Shown one piece after another: positions 53,560 to 64,000 of a stretch of 64,000 nt of DNA. Made by a program: the position numbers and the translations under genes. Position 1 is the first letter of the stretch; every line of letters begins with the position of its first letter. The DNA is from Antedon mediterranea (lineage: Eukaryota > Animalia > Echinodermata), in NCBI RefSeq assembly GCF_964355755.1, contig NC_092674.1, forward strand, positions 20,956,001 through 21,020,000. Reading direction: 5' to 3'. The notes beneath the pieces were generated by a model. That model was given only the letters and a program-made list of their open reading frames with translations. It was not told the DNA's origin and did no database searches.

Positions 53560-55469
53560 ATGGATTTGTTGAAGAAGTTAAGTTGTTTTATCTGTGTACT
53601 GATCATTGTTTACAACACTGGTAAGTATTAAATATATAATAATAGTTATTGATTCTTTCCATATACTGCGTTTGTTGTAACCAACAAATGTCCTCAACTC
53701 TGATTATAACTACATTTTGACAAACTTGTTTGTCCTATTGCCATAGCGCTTTTGAAAACTTAATCGAAAACGACCACACACAAACGTTATGTGGTTGTGG
53801 TGCCTCTTATTGTATTGAAACTAAAGCAAGACATGACTTTTAAATTGTTGGTATAAAAAAATTATGTTATTGTTTAAAACCCGAAAAGCGTTATTAAATC
53901 AATGTTTCACAATACAAATAATGTTTTCGTGCAACAAATTTGTCCTTTGTATTGTGATTACTTTTATATTTTATTTTTTTTATTTTGTAAATTTAGAGTC
54001 AAGCTTGGTTCGTACATTACACGAACATAACTGTTTTTTGTCAAACATGATGGTCCGTAATAAGAAAGACTATAATGTTAAAATGGATCGTGTTGTTAAC
54101 TCTTGTTCTGCCATTCAATGCGTCAGCTTTTGTACTCTTGACCCAACATGCGTGTCTATCCGTTTTGATAGAATTAATTCATGTGTGATGTATAGCAGCG
54201 TCGAAAGCGGTAGTTTAGATACTGACAATGGTCAACCTACATACTACGAAATTTCCAAGGTATTTATGGCATGTCCATGGATGTTTTCTGCTTAATAACA
54301 CAAAACAATACATGATTAACTACAACTAGTATTATAGTATGCAACAAATACATTTCGGCTGATAAAAATTCCCAACAAATTGTATTATGCTCACAACCAA
54401 CCAATACTGCGGCGGCTGCGTAAATCTGCTGTAGTATTGCGGCGCGCCAATGTGTACGTAATACTCATTACGGTTTTAAGAAGGCCTGGGCTTATCTGTC
54501 TTATCGTTCAGTTTTCATTTTTCTAATTACTATTTAGGAAACTTAGAATGTGTATATTACAACTTTCGCAAGCCTGTAAAAACAATAGTCCGTATTGCGC
54601 ATTCGCAACTTAAATTCTTCCATATTCATCATTGTCATTTACTATTTTTTATTCTTTACACGTAGATAAAAAATCATGAATCTATTGGTTACAATGAAAA
54701 CGACGAGGTCAAATGCTTTTACCAATATGGATATGAATGTCAAAATATGAGTAAGTTAATTACTGTCATTACACGACGAAGGGTAGAGGTTTCCGTGTTA
54801 AACAAAGTACATCTAATTCAAAATGATTTTTGAAGGCTCGCGCTCAAAGTTGTAATATCATTGTTTAATATCATTATCATGTTATGATTAATTAAATTGT
54901 GCTTGGTTTATAAGAACACCGTACATTGACCAATCACGGCGCGATGGATCCCGTCCTAACTGCCTATACGTCATGGGGAACAAGCTTAATTTGTTTTTGT
55001 TTGTTTAGTTATTACTAGTTTTATCTATTTTTTCACTACAGTCTGCAAAGAATATGTTACAACTGCCAACTACGAATATCGTTTTGATAACCCAATACTA
55101 CAAGTAGAAACGACGACAAGAATAGAGTTCAGTGTCGTTGCTAAAAATGATGTTCACATTGCGTTATCGTCAAGTCCGGAGGTTATGATACCAATGTATG
55201 AGATTGTGATTGGTGGTTGGGAAAATACTCAATCAGTCATTCGCCGCTGTGCGCAGTGTCCAGATAAGAAAATATATTTTGAAGCTGGAATAATATCTGT
55301 GGATGAGTTTACAAAATTCTGGATATCGTTTGTAAATGGATCAATACGTGTTGGTCTGGAAGGCAGTGACCATTTCATGGAATGGGATGACCCGTATCCA
55401 TTTCCTGTCAAATACGTTGGATTCTCAACGTGGTATAACATCAAAGGAATTTTTCAATTTTGCCATTGA
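53560..55469 (+). CDS. PAN/Apple + FAMeT-like protein, copy 3 (exons 53560-53620, 53997-54259, 54666-54750, 55042-55469)
   Basis: Intact GT-AG junctions and open frame; same motifs as copy 1. Confidence 0.85.
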
Positions 55470-57400
55470 AAGTTTTTATTCATGTCCATCTTTTTAAAAT
55501 TAAGCACGGCAGGTGTAAGCTAGGCCTTCCTCAATCAAAATATTAGGCACGATAGGAAAGTAGAAAGATAGAATTACTTCTGTTTAAAGATATCAAATAA
55601 CCCTGATTTAACGTTATCTTATTTATTGTCTTGCTTGCTTTGATAATTTAAATGCTCATGAGCTCATAATTGCATACAATCAAATTTGATGATAATTTTC
55701 AATCAAGAACAACTCGACTATATTTCAGATCTTGTTGAGATGTTAAATGAGATTTGTGTACAGTATTATTGGCTGACATGGCGTTTGTTTTGTATTATTA
55801 CGAACTAACCCAAACTCTACATAGGCCTATTGCTTTTTATTATTGTCTAAAAGTCGCTTGTCATTCAATTGGAAGGGATCATTTATATTCTTGTTACGAA
55901 TAAATTAAATAAAAACGTGAATCAGAAAGATATAATTATATTTTTGTAGAATAGATCTTTTAAATAGCATCAACTTTGTTTAAAACAAATCAGATTGTTT
56001 TGTTTTTGTTCTTGCCTTGAAGAATGTGAAATGGTAAACTTATTTTTGTTTATACTAAAATGAAATTTGAAATGCCTAATAAAGCATTTGCATCGGTTTA
56101 AAAAAAAAGAGATATTTATTTTTAGTATTTGTCACAACACTGATTCGTTCAGTAGCTCTTTCCAGCGGATGAAAGGTTCAACTATTTATTAGCATCAGAT
56201 ATTTGGTCTTGACAGGTCTTGACCCGATGGTATCCACTGTAGACTATTGAGAAAATTGCTTCTGAAAACAGTCCAATTCTCTTTGTCTTATTTTCAAAAC
56301 TACTACATTGGGGTACAGTTCCTGAACAAGGCAAGACAACGTTTCACCGATCTATAAAGTAATAGAAAACCCCACTGGACAATGAAATCAATAATGGTAA
56401 CTTTAATTCTGTAAAAAACAAGAATAATTTCAAAATTAAGTACATTGCCGAAAAATGCAGAGACAGAAATTCATCGTTTGCAATATTCTTACGCTGCGTC
56501 TGTACTATCAAACAAGTTTGACAAAAGTTGTGATTTGCCCAAACATGGTAGTGATATGCCCAAATATAGTAGTGAAATGACATTATCATGTCCATATATG
56601 AGCACATCACAATTACATTAAGTTTGATATTGTAGACAGAGATTTACATTGTGAATACATTCACAATAAAGAATTTCAGAGACAGACTGTCAAAATCACT
56701 TTATCAATAAATATGAATCCTATACAACCATGAGGATTTACAAAGAGAGACTAAAAAATCTTATAGGCTTTCAGTCTAATGATCAAGGTACATCAAGGTA
56801 TTACAATGGATAGCTTATCATCTGGACTACTTTAAAATGTAAATTACAATTTTGCCATTTTAAGATTATATACTTATAGATAATAGGTTTTTTTTTAGTA
56901 GGCCTACCGTAGAAAGCATACACCTGTTTGGTGACAGTTTATGATTTTTATTTTCCATGCTATAATGACATGCTTTTGCCTTCCCTTCAATTGTTTGTCT
57001 TTTTTATTTTATATTTTGTAAATGTATTTTATTTGCCTGAATAAATAACAATAACACTAAATGGAACTCTATTCCAACCTTCTCTATTTCCGTATACAAA
57101 ATTGCAATCAGTTATATAATAATTTAAATTAAAAACACATATAATACAGGCAATAAAACATATAAATATACATTGACGAAATGATTAAAATTAAAATCAA
57201 TTTCTAAATACGTCGTCGATATTACAAATCTTAAAAAATCTACGAAATTCATCAAAATTACCATATGAATGAATGAATGAAAAGGTATCATTAATTAAAA
57301 TTACTATTTTTTTAAATTATCAAGATTACCGCACGGAAGATAAATTATTGTAATTGTTATTCATTAGCATGCATGCACACAGTCGTACCATGCTATAGGG

Positions 57401-57405
<5 letters not shown>

Positions 57406-57452
<47 letters not shown>
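57406..57452. repeat. (TA)n microsatellite
   Basis: Uninterrupted TA run. Confidence 0.95.
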
Positions 57453-57456
<4 letters not shown>

Positions 57457-58432
57457 TCGATATAATAGTGTTGACTTTCTTTACAAATATTCCCTTTCAT
57501 CTGTAACAAACATCTTTCTTCAGTGTCAGACAAACAAAAACGGCATTTCTTAACGTCCTGGGAAATCCAAGAAACTAGATGTATGTATGATAACATAATA
57601 AGTTCGCAGAAAGAAGGTCTTTCTGCTTCAACATAAATCAATGAAAGAGAAATATTGAAGTTTATACAATATAATGGATACGAGTGATTAACAGCGTCCT
57701 ATTTCAATACAAACAAAATATTTAAATACATATAGGTCTAGGCACTTATCTGTGAATTAATTATTAGATATTTATTATTGTTCGTGGAAATCAATCAACC
57801 ATTGATTCAATTGCATACATCGTTAATAAAGTACAAAACTAAACAGACATAGAGAAACCATCACACCACAATTTAATTAGTACAGACTGTTATAACGATG
57901 CAATAAAAACGTTTGCCAACAATAGTTTAATTATAGATTGTGTAATTAAATTAAACTTACAAAATTTAAACATCTAAAATATCTGTTTAAACGAATTAGA
58001 CTACACAACAATGGGTTCCAAAGATAGGTCATTAGATCTTTTGTATTTGATATTGCTTGATCAGTTGTTGTTAGTTCCATGTTGATCACGAATGTAAATA
58101 TTATGTGTGTATTGTTTTGCTTGTGTTTTTCTGCCAAGAAAACCAATATCATTGTACTATGTATGAATGACTTAATAAATTGAATCTGAATCTGAGGTAA
58201 ATTGTACATAATACTTGTTGTAGTAATAATCAGGTTAGAAGTAAAACAATTACTGTCTCTCATAATGATCCCTAAATGAACATAAACATAAGCAACAGAA
58301 AGGAGGCTCGTTACGTCCAGTTCCTTGTCAGTGTAAGACGTAATATTGGCTTATGAAACATACTTTAATGAGTAAATTAGATGACAGTACTATTATCTAA
58401 TTTTGTTTACAGAACCACTTCTGCTTAGTCGG

Positions 58433-63523
<5,091 letters not shown>

Positions 63524-64000
63524 CTAAAATAGTCGGAATACAAAAGTATAAACATTAGTGTGATGTACCTAAATATGGTAGTGATATGCCATCATCTTGA
63601 TGTCCATATAATATGGGCAAATCACATTTTTTGTTTGTTATCACTTAAGGTTTAATAGTGTTGATAGAGCTGCACGATGAATACACATATTCAATTCAAT
63701 TCAAAAAGACATTTATTTATAAAGGAGAATATTATAGAGGCATGTTATTTATAGGAAAATCACTAATTATGAGATAGCTTTAAAATAAAACTAAATCTGA
63801 AAGAAGTTGTTAAACAGTAAAATTTGCTAATTATATTACGATTATGAATAATATTTTTATTTATTCAGGTATAATAAATGTTTCATAAATATTAAATCGA
63901 TAAATTAGACCAATTCGGCCTGGACGGTACTTCCAGGATAATTCGTGAAATAAATAAGCAAGTCAGGTTGATTGATTTATTTAACTTTCATCGTGGTATT

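Overview
AT-rich animal genomic DNA (spliceosomal introns; probably a marine invertebrate, by inference) that is mostly transposon-derived. Host genes: three tandem 4-exon copies of a secreted PAN/Apple + FAMeT-like (Methyltransf_FA) domain gene (5922-8836; 18666-20894, with a broken splice donor; 53560-55469) and the last six coding exons of an ABCC4/MRP4-like transporter on the minus strand (58433-63523). Mobile DNA includes nested LINEs, a BEL/Pao LTR element, a solo LTR, several MITEs and a Helentron remnant. The standout is a 14.5-kb insertion (22612-37083) with Polinton/Maverick-type ends (5'-AGTAG...CTACT-3', 6-bp target duplication CACATC). It is essentially one giant palindrome folded about a 65-bp imperfect hairpin (30575-30639). 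It has no recognisable polymerase, integrase or capsid gene, but carries an intact spliced gene fusing two PC4 ssDNA-binding domains to an ALKBH2-like dioxygenase, plus a small SIM/Cys-His ORF. All coordinates were read by eye; family names come from motif recognition, not database searches.
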